A stretch of DNA of 64,000 bases from a virus, in the IMG/VR virus record IMGVR_UViG_3300002056_000074; one strand, written 5' to 3'. Below are positions 45,326 to 54,871 of the stretch, one piece after another (the stretch's first letter is position 1; each line of letters starts with the position of its first letter). The position numbers and the translations under genes were made by a program. The notes below the pieces were generated by a model that was given only the letters and a program-made list of their open reading frames with translations, did no database searches and was not told the origin of the DNA.

Positions 45326-47821
45326 TTATGTTGAGACGGAAATTGCTCCAGCAAAAGGTTGGCCTGTGGTGATTAGGGATACATCACCAGTAGTTGCATC
45401 AACTTCCTTAACAATACCAACTTCCCGATTTCCATCAAATGCGGTTAGACGATAAATGGGTCGAATGGGTAGTTTGTGAGTAGTTTGAGCTACGACAAGT
45501 GTACTTACGCCAGCCACTGTCGTCCAATCTGCTGCAGTAAACGACTCAAAGTAAGATGTTGCAACTTCCAGAAGAGCGGTAGAAGTTCCCACTTTCCATA
45601 AATCATCTGTCTCGTCAAAAAGTATTGATGTATTTTCTTCAGTCCCACGATCAACCTCGAAGCCTGATGTACCAGAAGTTACGCCAGCACCTACCTCACC
45701 AGAATTCAATACAATTGTATTATCTGCAACTGTAACTTCAGTGCTATTAACTGTGGTTGTTGTACCATCAACTGTTAGGTTTCCTGAGATAATAACATCA
45801 TCAGAGAATGTCTTAACCCCAGCGATAGATTCATCACCAAATGTATGTACATAATCTGTTTCCACAAAATTGGAAACATCATTTTTGACTAATGCACGAT
45901 TTTTGAAGCTTGCGGTATCATGAATTAAAACGTGGCCATCTGCAGCTGAGGTAACATCCACATCGTTGAGTTCATTAAGTTCTTTTGCACCAACATTAGC
46001 ATCAACATAAGATTTAATTACATATGCTCTATCAGAATTTTCCTGTGTACCAACAGATGAATAGATAGGCTTATGGTATGTCCATCGATCAAGTGAATCT
46101 TGGTATCGTAACAAAAATGTGTTGCCATCTCTGACAGTGATATTTGAATCACTTGAATCCATCTCAATTATCATGCCTGCGCTACTACCGGCTTGTAGTA
46201 AGATATCATTACTTGCTTCTAACGCTATGTTACTAGTGTTTGACTGTAATTCAAGTTTCCCTTCAGCTCGACCAACTGTGACGGTATCAGATTCTTGATA
46301 CAATCGGAATGCAATTGCATCAGCATCAGTGTGTACTCCCAAATAACCCTCACTAACTGATAAATTACCACCACCATTTACTTTGACATTAGCATCATCA
46401 AAAGTCTTATTTTGGGTAATCGTTTGCGTTCCCGCACCAGCTATTGTTACAAAATTTGTTGTGTCAACAGAAATATCAGCTGGTTTAAATTCTCCATCTA
46501 CATCATCCCATACTAATGCTTGGCCAGCCGTGGGTGCCACGGTGGACGTATTAACATCCGAAAGATCATCTAATTCAGTGGGGGTAACTAAATCTACATA
46601 TTTCTTGGTAGTTAATGTCCCTTCATCTGCATTGGCTGCAATATCAACAGAAGTTGTTACAATTGGAGCATTTGTATTAATTACTGTTGGTAATGTGTTT
46701 CCGGCTGTCTCTGGTGCTGTCGAAATTCCACCACCAAGAGTAATAAACGCACCATCGGTTTTTTCTAGGGTTAGACGCTCAGCGTCATAGTACATAGTAG
46801 CAGCACCGGGCATCGCTAGTAGACCACCACCTCCACCACCCCACTGAATCATTCCAGTAGAATCAGTGGTTATCTCCCCATCACTATCTTCTAGGGCAAA
46901 AATGATACCAGCAGCGCCTGCAGCACTAATATTAAGAGTAGTTCTGTTTACATCAAAGGTACTATCTTCTATTGTTAATGATCCACCATCCAATACAACC
47001 GGAGTTCCAAGTAAATCAAGTTTTCCAAAGCTTCCATTGGCTGCTTCCAACACTAAATCACCAGTGACCGTACCACCTGTTCGCTGTAAAGCACCATCAG
47101 CTAATGCACCTTGCGCTGCAGTTGCGTAATCACCATCACTAAAATCAGTAACATCAGATTTTACGATTGCTCGATTAACAAAATTAGTTCCATCAAATAG
47201 TAATGCATGTCCGGTTGCTGGAGTAGTTAATGTAACATCATCAAGATCATTGAGTTCATTTGCAGGATCATAATCAGAGATATCAGCAGTCGTAAGAATT
47301 CGGTTTACAAATTCAGTTCCATTATGAACAAGAAAATGATCTACTGCAGGAGTAGTAACTGTAATATCACTTAGATCACTCAACTCAGTTGCAGGATCAT
47401 ATAAAACATTTACAAATTCAGTTCCATCATGAATAAGAAAGTGATCTTGGACGGGTGAAGTTAATGTAACATCATCAAGATCGTTGAGTTCTGATGCAGC
47501 CTCGCCTGATGCGATTTGAACTGCACCATCAACATATTGCTTAGTTGCAGCTTCTAAGGGATTCGATGGATCAGCATGTAAGACTAGTGCACCAGTCATG
47601 GTATCACCGGCCAGATCAACCTTTCCATTTACTACAGAACTTAGTGCAAGCTCTTCCCAGCCTTGACCAACAGTATAAACATTAACTCGCTTAGTATCAG
47701 TATTATAAACTTTATAACCATCTCTAGGTGGTGTATACGCATCTACCTCAATTTGATTCTTGTGTGGTAATCCAAAGCCATCTTCTACGAAAAATTGGCC
47801 TTTCCATTCATATGCACTCAT
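45326..47821 (-). CDS. Fibre-like virion protein
   Basis: GDTMTGAL..P..LEAATKQYVD; five LxDLxDV-like repeats; GNLTVDGTTT block. Confidence 0.75.
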   Translation of the reverse strand: MSAYEWKGQFFVEDGFGLPHKNQIEVDAYTPPRDGYKVYNTDTKRVNVYTVGQGWEELALSSVVNGKVDLAGDTMTGALVLHADPSNPLEAATKQYVDGAVQIASGEAASELNDLDDVTLTSPVQDHFLIHDGTEFVNVLYDPATELSDLSDITVTTPAVDHFLVHNGTEFVNRILTTADISDYDPANELNDLDDVTLTTPATGHALLFDGTNFVNRAIVKSDVTDFSDGDYATAAQGALADGALQRTGGTVTGDLVLEAANGSFGKLDLLGTPVVLDGGSLTIEDSTFDVNRTTLNISAAGAAGIIFALEDSDGEITTDSTGMIQWGGGGGGLLAMPGAATMYYDAERLTLEKTDGAFITLGGGISTAPETAGNTLPTVINTNAPIVTTSVDIAANADEGTLTTKKYVDLVTPTELDDLSDVNTSTVAPTAGQALVWDDVDGEFKPADISVDTTNFVTIAGAGTQTITQNKTFDDANVKVNGGGNLSVSEGYLGVHTDADAIAFRLYQESDTVTVGRAEGKLELQSNTSNIALEASNDILLQAGSSAGMIIEMDSSDSNITVRDGNTFLLRYQDSLDRWTYHKPIYSSVGTQENSDRAYVIKSYVDANVGAKELNELNDVDVTSAADGHVLIHDTASFKNRALVKNDVSNFVETDYVHTFGDESIAGVKTFSDDVIISGNLTVDGTTTTVNSTEVTVADNTIVLNSGEVGAGVTSGTSGFEVDRGTEENTSILFDETDDLWKVGTSTALLEVATSYFESFTAADWTTVAGVSTLVVAQTTHKLPIRPIYRLTAFDGNREVGIVKEVDATTGDVSLITTGQPFAGAISVST

Positions 47822-47859
47822 AATTCAGTTCTCGTTGTTTAGTTGTTTAGTTGTGATGT

Positions 47860-49395
47860 TTATCGTATTCTAATTTTTCCAGAAAAAGGTTCGCCAGAGG
47901 TAATTAATGTTATAAGACCTGATGATTCATTTACTGAATAGGAGGTTGAAATTCTTTGTCCCGAATCATTAAACAAAATGACATCATATAATGTATTTAG
48001 TGGTAAACCATGAATTGCGGCAGGTATTTGATATCTAAATTCTGCGCCAAAAACAGTCCAACCATTTAAATTAATATTTAATTGTATTCCCCGAAAGGTA
48101 GATGTAACATATTCACGGTTAACTGCGTGAAAATTGGTTGTAGGTGGTCCATCTAAAATAAGTGGTCCAGTCAATGTTCCACCAGAAATATTTAACTTAT
48201 TATCTAATGTAGTTTGGATGCCAATAATATCCTGAGTTGCAGAATCAACTTGATTATTAAGAGTTGAAATACTGGAACTTACAATAGATAAATTTCCATT
48301 TATAGTAGAAATAGATTCACTATTGTTTGTTATTTGACTCAATTGAGCAGCACTCAACGCATTACCATTAACCATTGATTCTACAGTTAATTGTGGAAAT
48401 AATCTGGGAGCAAAATAAATTTGTTTTTTTCCTATTACAATTCCAACTGGGGCGCGGGTTGAAGCAGATTTCGTTAGAATTATTTCACCCGTATTCGAAA
48501 TATAAATCGGATTATTTACTGTAGCGCCAGCAGCTTCCCAGTCCCATTGTTCATTATATATCAGACCTTCCAATGTTAATGTTGCTGACTCCCCAACATC
48601 TAAATCAATATCAACAATACCAAATATTCGCTCACCTTGAGTAGTAGGTTTAGCTAGTACAATCTCATTGTAATTTTTGAACTCAACAACATGAAATGCT
48701 GCTATTGGTTCAACCGCCCTACCATTAATAATCCTATTTGCAATTTTATTACTTGCACCCGTTGGAGCACCAGTTAAAAATGTATCTTCTGTTGTGAAAA
48801 ATTGGTCGTCCTTCCCACTCTTAATCGCGAGACCATCACTATTAAATACCAATGATCCAACGTTCTTAGAAAATCGATCACCCAACATTATATCAACTTG
48901 AGTTCCACCAAATGATTCATTGGGAGTAACGCTGAGACTTTCAAATGAGTTTCCAACATTATATTTTGCAGCAAATACTCGTATTACTTGTATCCAAACC
49001 TCTCCGGAATATTCAAACCATATATTTCTTCTTGTATTGAACCACATCTGTCCCTGAACTCGCCTATTTTTAGCGGGTTGCCTAGATGAAATTATTGGAA
49101 GTAAATCAGTCTGGCCCCTAGTAACCACACCAGTAATAGTATCCATATCCCAATACAGATATTGAATTTGGGCTGATGAAAAATTTGACCATGCAGAATT
49201 TATATTTACAAGCTCAGTATATAGGTAATCAGCTTTACCATGTACAAATGTAATTAAGACGGGATCACTGGAAGTTCCAGTGTTAACAACCAAATTAACA
49301 TCTTGACCATCCCCAACTTCCAAGAAAGTCTGAGACCCATCAATCTCATTTCGTGGATAGTTTATAATACCTTGACGAAATGAGATTCTTGCCAT
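47860..49395 (-). CDS. Virion structural/fibre protein
   Basis: RISFRQGI N-terminus paralogous to 54871..57582; coiled coil; C-terminal GEPFSG domain similar to 45326..47821; TAAATA at 49433-49428. Confidence 0.72.
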   Translation of the reverse strand: MARISFRQGIINYPRNEIDGSQTFLEVGDGQDVNLVVNTGTSSDPVLITFVHGKADYLYTELVNINSAWSNFSSAQIQYLYWDMDTITGVVTRGQTDLLPIISSRQPAKNRRVQGQMWFNTRRNIWFEYSGEVWIQVIRVFAAKYNVGNSFESLSVTPNESFGGTQVDIMLGDRFSKNVGSLVFNSDGLAIKSGKDDQFFTTEDTFLTGAPTGASNKIANRIINGRAVEPIAAFHVVEFKNYNEIVLAKPTTQGERIFGIVDIDLDVGESATLTLEGLIYNEQWDWEAAGATVNNPIYISNTGEIILTKSASTRAPVGIVIGKKQIYFAPRLFPQLTVESMVNGNALSAAQLSQITNNSESISTINGNLSIVSSSISTLNNQVDSATQDIIGIQTTLDNKLNISGGTLTGPLILDGPPTTNFHAVNREYVTSTFRGIQLNINLNGWTVFGAEFRYQIPAAIHGLPLNTLYDVILFNDSGQRISTSYSVNESSGLITLITSGEPFSGKIRIR

Positions 49396-49470
49396 TTACA
49401 ATTACCCTAAATTAATACTTATTTTAGTATTTAGGTATCTTTCTTATTTTGACTATCATAAATTAATCAA

Positions 49471-52400
49471 TTATTGATCATATATAACCGTTACCCTACC
49501 TGTTACTACTTTCCCAATATCATCAGAATGGAAAAACATGTATCCAGTTCTACTATCAATAATAACTTCCAATGGTGCTGGATTTGGTGTATTAATCAAT
49601 AGGTCATAATCAATCATAGTTACCGTAGCATCCACGCCATCAATTTGAATTGATTGTGCAGCTACGTCATCACCCTCCAATCGATACCAGTTATTGTTAT
49701 ACCATCCTGTTAATGTTACCTCATTACCAACTCTCATAGTATTATCATAAGAAGTATAGTTAACGACAACATCAATCATTCCAGTTCCAGCATAAGGCAT
49801 AACAGCAGCACCATGAATGGTTCCAGTAGAAGCCACTGCACTAGTGTAAATTACAGTGTCATTTCCGCTGCTATCAATAATATGATATGTAATTACTGTC
49901 CCAACCCGTGCAACCTTAAACGTATCAGTTAATGTATATGATGCGATATCAACAGCGACTACATTGCCGGATTCTCGTATAGAAACATTTCCATTTGGCA
50001 ACAGTTCTATTGCAAATCGCATTGTCTGTTGACCCGCAGAACCAGTGATAGTGGTATTAAAATAAAAATTCTCATTGGGAACATCAGTAAATCCAAATAA
50101 TACATGATTGTCAGTGGCTATTGCCTTACCCTCAATATACCCATCTGCTGTTATATACTGAGATATTTTAGCTCCCCCACTAAAACGATCCCAATTCGAT
50201 TGTACTGCATTGCTTCTATTATAATATACCTTTCCCGGAAACCAATCCATCACATTATATTCAGAAAAACTGGGACCAGTTGTAGCAGAATATGTATCTC
50301 GTATAATTGATCCATCACCATTTGTGAATAGTGCCTTTTCAGTAATTTGATCAGTAACACTTCCCGGAATCGTAGCCATTCCTTGAGTATTTGTAAATTC
50401 AGAAAATTGATAATCTACAGGTTTATGGTAAATAGAAGATCGCCTACTCATAGAAAGAGAATTGTCCTTCAAGATACCATCAACAACACCAAAGGTATAA
50501 TAATCAGTTGCCACGAAAGCAGTAGGATTCGCTCCATTAGAAAATGATATTTCAATACCTTCATCCATTTCTTCTGATGTAATATGAGTTGGGCGTGTCT
50601 CTAACCCCTCCAATGATTCAGTTAATTCATAATGGGCCAATAGATTGGTAGCTGGCTTAGAAGTTATAACTCCCGTGATATCCGCAAAATCATTAGCAAT
50701 ATCAGTATCATCCCAAGCAACATTCCAGAATTGAATATTCTCCATAAAGCCTCTAAAGTGTTCCCCCTGATTAAGAGAGTGTTTCCACATATCTGACCAA
50801 TCATATACTCTAGAACTAACAAAAGCATAGAGATCGCTTGATGTATTTGACCAGTCATAAGAGTTCTGTAGTGTAACACTTGATCCTATTTGAACACCAT
50901 CCAAGTAAACCTTGAGGAGCGTTCCCGAAACAGTAACCACCAACCGATAAAAACCTGATGTAATATTAACTGGTGTATTTGCAATTACGTGGGAGGTATC
51001 ATTTTCTAGAATCAGGAGTTCATCAGATGATCGATTTCGCCAACGAATCTGCAATCGATTTTGCTTGTCTGAAATCTCAAGTAATGTCGTATCTGCTTCC
51101 TGTTTTTTAACCCTTAGAAAGTGATAAGTACCACCGTTCTGGGTAGAATCTTCTTTCTGCTCTGGTTGCAAATTAAACGCGAATGTTGCGTTAGCACTGG
51201 TTCCAAAATTGCCGGTCGTAAATACATCAGTAACATCTATCATGGATCTGCCCGTAAAAAAATGACTTTCCGTATCGAAATTATGTCGCTTTGCTGAATA
51301 GTTCCCTGTGCTATCAACAGCATCTACAAAATAATTCTTTTCCCATGCAGTTCCATTCCAATGAAACTTATCCCAAATAACTTCCTGAACAGGAGAATGT
51401 TGCCCATCGAGAGAATCTAAGTATTCTAGTGCGTCATCAGCACCTTGACCCATTGCATGTAAGCTTTTTGGGTCAGATCCACTTTTATATCCAACTGTAC
51501 TATATGAATTAGATCCGGATTGAAACATTCCACTGGCGCGAGGATCTTGCCATACCAATCCAAGCGTCTGAGAAGTTATTCTAGGATGTGGTGTGTAATG
51601 AACTCTTTTAGTGGATGATATCATTGAATGCCCAACCTTATTTGATGTAGATGTCCCAGCTACGTAATAAGTAGTCTCACTGAAAAAATATGGAGTATCA
51701 TAATAATCATACATAAATGACATTTTAGCAAAACCGCCAGCCGATCTAAACCCAACATCAACTGCAACATCAGATGACCATTGCAATTTTTGAAGCTCAT
51801 CATCAAAATTGGGGCCATGTCTCCCCCATAGGTTTCCTCGCTGTGAAACATCAACAGAACCCCATTGATTACCATCCTGCCAATCATAAGTTGAATTAAC
51901 ATAATTACTAGATTGTGGTCCCTCGTAAGAAACGCCTGCTAAAGACCACCAAACAATCTGTTCAGTATTATTATCATTATACATAATGGCCATTTCTTGA
52001 TCTGGAGTGTTTCGATCAACTCGCATATATTTTACCAAATTCCAATTACCATCAGTTAACCCGGTATAATCAAATGCTGTCGTTGAGAGTGGTTCATAAT
52101 TTACGAAGACAGGAACTGTGTCGTATGGATTTGTGGTATATGATAGAGCACCTTCAAAAACAGCCCATAAAGAATCTCCGGTGCCGGGTGCTACTGCATA
52201 ACAACGATTACCAGATGCTGAAAATAAACTATTATCAACTTCTGTCATTTTAGTGACAGTAGCTGACGCTTTATTAGTTGGGTCAGTTAATCTATATAAT
52301 CCGGTATTTCTGCAGGACATCCAAATGTCACCATTATCCATAACAGCAATTTGTGTAATATTAGTTGCAGGGATAGTTGGTGTACTTTCGTTTCCATAAG

Positions 52401-53811
52401 AAATTATCTTAGTATCATTAACGAAGTGGATATTAATACCCGTCTGATCCCAAGACACATAAGAATCCGGGCCATACTCTTCGTTTAATTTCAATTCATG
52501 TAATCCGTGTGGATTATTGGCAGTGTGTCTTCCGGGGCGCTGTTGTGAAGTATGATCTGCTATCATTCTTGCAGAATGTGGTTCATATGAATTATTAACA
52601 AATCCAATAAATCGCTTATTCCTAAAAAAATAATTAGAGTCACCAACATCACCCGTTTTAGAAATTTCAACTCTCCAAAATTCTGACCAATCTGGATTGG
52701 TCCAATTTGACCCATCGACTGAAATCGAGCCTTGTCCACTCGCTAGATAATCAACATCAAGTCCCCATTCAATAGCATCTTTACTGTGATTTTGAATCGG
52801 TTGGATAGGCTTAAATGCAAAATCATTATCAACAAAATCAGTCATTAGTTGAGCTGAGGCATATGTTTCGGGCGCACCATCGGTTCGAGATATATTATTA
52901 TTATTAAAAAATGTAGTAACGTAATCAGATCCATATGATACACCTCTAATTATATTACCAATTAGATCATTCTTCTCTAACACAATATTAAATTCAGATT
53001 TGAAGTGGCCCACTTTATTTGTCAGTGGCTCGGTAGTCCCAGTACCGAAAAGACTATTTGTTTTAGATGAATTGTTGCCAATTACAATTTTAGACAAGTC
53101 ATTATCTGGGGTGTTGATTGGTGATTTAGTGTGGAATGGTTGAGCGTATGAAGGGAATGCACTAAATCTATCTGAATCTATACGATTTGCTATATAAGAA
53201 TTTTTAAAGAAATCATCTCCAATAAAAACATTATCTGAGTTAACGACCTGATCAAAAAATTGAATACGGTAAGTTATATCAAGAACTTCCCCCGGTTCCT
53301 GTATACATGGGGTGTTTAATGAAATTGCAGTTGCTATAAAGTTAATATTGTTATCTAAGTTAGTTGGTAAGCCATTATATGGGGTGGTGTAAATGCTATT
53401 AATGGTTTTAGTTTCTGTGGGTGCTGAAAATCGATAAGTAGTTTCAAGGTAAGGTGGATTTCCATCAAAATATTCCCATGTACTGACTCTTTGGTCAGGT
53501 AGAATTAAATCATAATTATCAGGATATGGTGCGGTATTCGATGGATATGTTATGTGTGAACCACCAAACCCCAAGACTTTATTACCGGGGGCAATTTGTC
53601 GCTGAGAGGCATGTATTTTTCCGGGGACTGCTCTACTAGTTGATGAGTCTATCCATTGGGTGGTATTAATATCAGGTCGAAAAATATCATTAACTTCCAT
53701 ATATGCCAAAATAACATTGTTTTCTTCGTAAGATCGCTTAAGTTCTCCTGTCTCAGCATCAGATATTTGTAATAAGACACGACCTTTCATATTATGTTGC
53801 ATATCAACCAA
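49471..53811 (-). CDS. Large virion protein with beta-propeller-like and LamG-like regions
   Basis: LVVTVSGTLLKVYLDG...FRGFMENIQFWNVAW; ATAAATA at 53837-53831. Confidence 0.72.
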   Translation of the reverse strand: MVDMQHNMKGRVLLQISDAETGELKRSYEENNVILAYMEVNDIFRPDINTTQWIDSSTSRAVPGKIHASQRQIAPGNKVLGFGGSHITYPSNTAPYPDNYDLILPDQRVSTWEYFDGNPPYLETTYRFSAPTETKTINSIYTTPYNGLPTNLDNNINFIATAISLNTPCIQEPGEVLDITYRIQFFDQVVNSDNVFIGDDFFKNSYIANRIDSDRFSAFPSYAQPFHTKSPINTPDNDLSKIVIGNNSSKTNSLFGTGTTEPLTNKVGHFKSEFNIVLEKNDLIGNIIRGVSYGSDYVTTFFNNNNISRTDGAPETYASAQLMTDFVDNDFAFKPIQPIQNHSKDAIEWGLDVDYLASGQGSISVDGSNWTNPDWSEFWRVEISKTGDVGDSNYFFRNKRFIGFVNNSYEPHSARMIADHTSQQRPGRHTANNPHGLHELKLNEEYGPDSYVSWDQTGINIHFVNDTKIISYGNESTPTIPATNITQIAVMDNGDIWMSCRNTGLYRLTDPTNKASATVTKMTEVDNSLFSASGNRCYAVAPGTGDSLWAVFEGALSYTTNPYDTVPVFVNYEPLSTTAFDYTGLTDGNWNLVKYMRVDRNTPDQEMAIMYNDNNTEQIVWWSLAGVSYEGPQSSNYVNSTYDWQDGNQWGSVDVSQRGNLWGRHGPNFDDELQKLQWSSDVAVDVGFRSAGGFAKMSFMYDYYDTPYFFSETTYYVAGTSTSNKVGHSMISSTKRVHYTPHPRITSQTLGLVWQDPRASGMFQSGSNSYSTVGYKSGSDPKSLHAMGQGADDALEYLDSLDGQHSPVQEVIWDKFHWNGTAWEKNYFVDAVDSTGNYSAKRHNFDTESHFFTGRSMIDVTDVFTTGNFGTSANATFAFNLQPEQKEDSTQNGGTYHFLRVKKQEADTTLLEISDKQNRLQIRWRNRSSDELLILENDTSHVIANTPVNITSGFYRLVVTVSGTLLKVYLDGVQIGSSVTLQNSYDWSNTSSDLYAFVSSRVYDWSDMWKHSLNQGEHFRGFMENIQFWNVAWDDTDIANDFADITGVITSKPATNLLAHYELTESLEGLETRPTHITSEEMDEGIEISFSNGANPTAFVATDYYTFGVVDGILKDNSLSMSRRSSIYHKPVDYQFSEFTNTQGMATIPGSVTDQITEKALFTNGDGSIIRDTYSATTGPSFSEYNVMDWFPGKVYYNRSNAVQSNWDRFSGGAKISQYITADGYIEGKAIATDNHVLFGFTDVPNENFYFNTTITGSAGQQTMRFAIELLPNGNVSIRESGNVVAVDIASYTLTDTFKVARVGTVITYHIIDSSGNDTVIYTSAVASTGTIHGAAVMPYAGTGMIDVVVNYTSYDNTMRVGNEVTLTGWYNNNWYRLEGDDVAAQSIQIDGVDATVTMIDYDLLINTPNPAPLEVIIDSRTGYMFFHSDDIGKVVTGRVTVIYDQ

Positions 53812-53836
53812 CTCTCTTGTATATGTTTAGTATTTA

Positions 53837-54871
53837 TCATCCACCAACAACAGTACCCGTCAAAGTCGTTACATCATAATCAGAAATAATAATATTTACA
53901 GAATCTGTTGTGATATTAGATCCCGTAAATACATCAACCTCAGTTGGTTTTTCGGTTATAAAAAATACATCAACATCATAATCAGAAATAGTAATAGTAC
54001 TATTGTCAGAAGTTGGTGGTGTGGCATCGCGCGCATCGAGGGGAATATTATGAGATATGACCACTAATTTATCAACATCATAATCACTTATATTAATGAT
54101 ATTACCATTCACATTTGATGTATATAATTTAGCTTCGGATAATTCTATAATTTGATTGTTTAAAAATCCTCCAGACGCCCAAATAATATTAGATAGGTGT
54201 TGACCAACATATGAATTATCAAATCTAACAATTGCAGAAATTTGATAAGATCTTCCTAGTGTCACCGAACCGAAAAAATAATCGGTTGGTAATAAAGAGG
54301 CGATATCATTCCATACTCCAGTTGAATTATCCCTCTCCCTTACAATATAACCTAATATTTCATGTTCAATATCTAAAAACTCCCATGTTAATGTTGCCTC
54401 TTCTGCACTATACGATTTACATATAGCAGCATCAGAATTTTCTTCAATTGGGTAATTTGTAATTAAACGTAATGTAAAATCATCATCTCTAAATATTTCA
54501 GAAGCATGAATATTAATTAAATTATTATGTGATGATTGTGTATGTTTAATGATATCTACTGGAGATCCATACACGACTACATCATCAAATTTTTCAAATC
54601 CAGTTCCTCTGTTTATAAAAAACCTAAACGTCTTATCATCAAAGATAGTTTGACTATAAGAAACTGATAGTTCATTTAGTGGAGTAGTGAATGTTACTGG
54701 TGAACCACTTATCTGTTGCCACTCGAACGTATTACCTTGAATATCACCAATTATTTCTGCGGTTAATGTGAAATCTAAATCACAGACGGCCACACCATCC
54801 TTTCCAGCACTAAAAAATTGAATAATGCCTGCCGGTACAGCATTTTGACTGAATATAACCTGAAACGGCAT
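53837..54871 (-). CDS. Virion protein with Ig-like (PKD/FN3-like) domains
   Basis: AGKD...FEWQQISG; TLTW...GYIVRER...YQISA. Confidence 0.65.
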   Translation of the reverse strand: MPFQVIFSQNAVPAGIIQFFSAGKDGVAVCDLDFTLTAEIIGDIQGNTFEWQQISGSPVTFTTPLNELSVSYSQTIFDDKTFRFFINRGTGFEKFDDVVVYGSPVDIIKHTQSSHNNLINIHASEIFRDDDFTLRLITNYPIEENSDAAICKSYSAEEATLTWEFLDIEHEILGYIVRERDNSTGVWNDIASLLPTDYFFGSVTLGRSYQISAIVRFDNSYVGQHLSNIIWASGGFLNNQIIELSEAKLYTSNVNGNIINISDYDVDKLVVISHNIPLDARDATPPTSDNSTITISDYDVDVFFITEKPTEVDVFTGSNITTDSVNIIISDYDVTTLTGTVVGG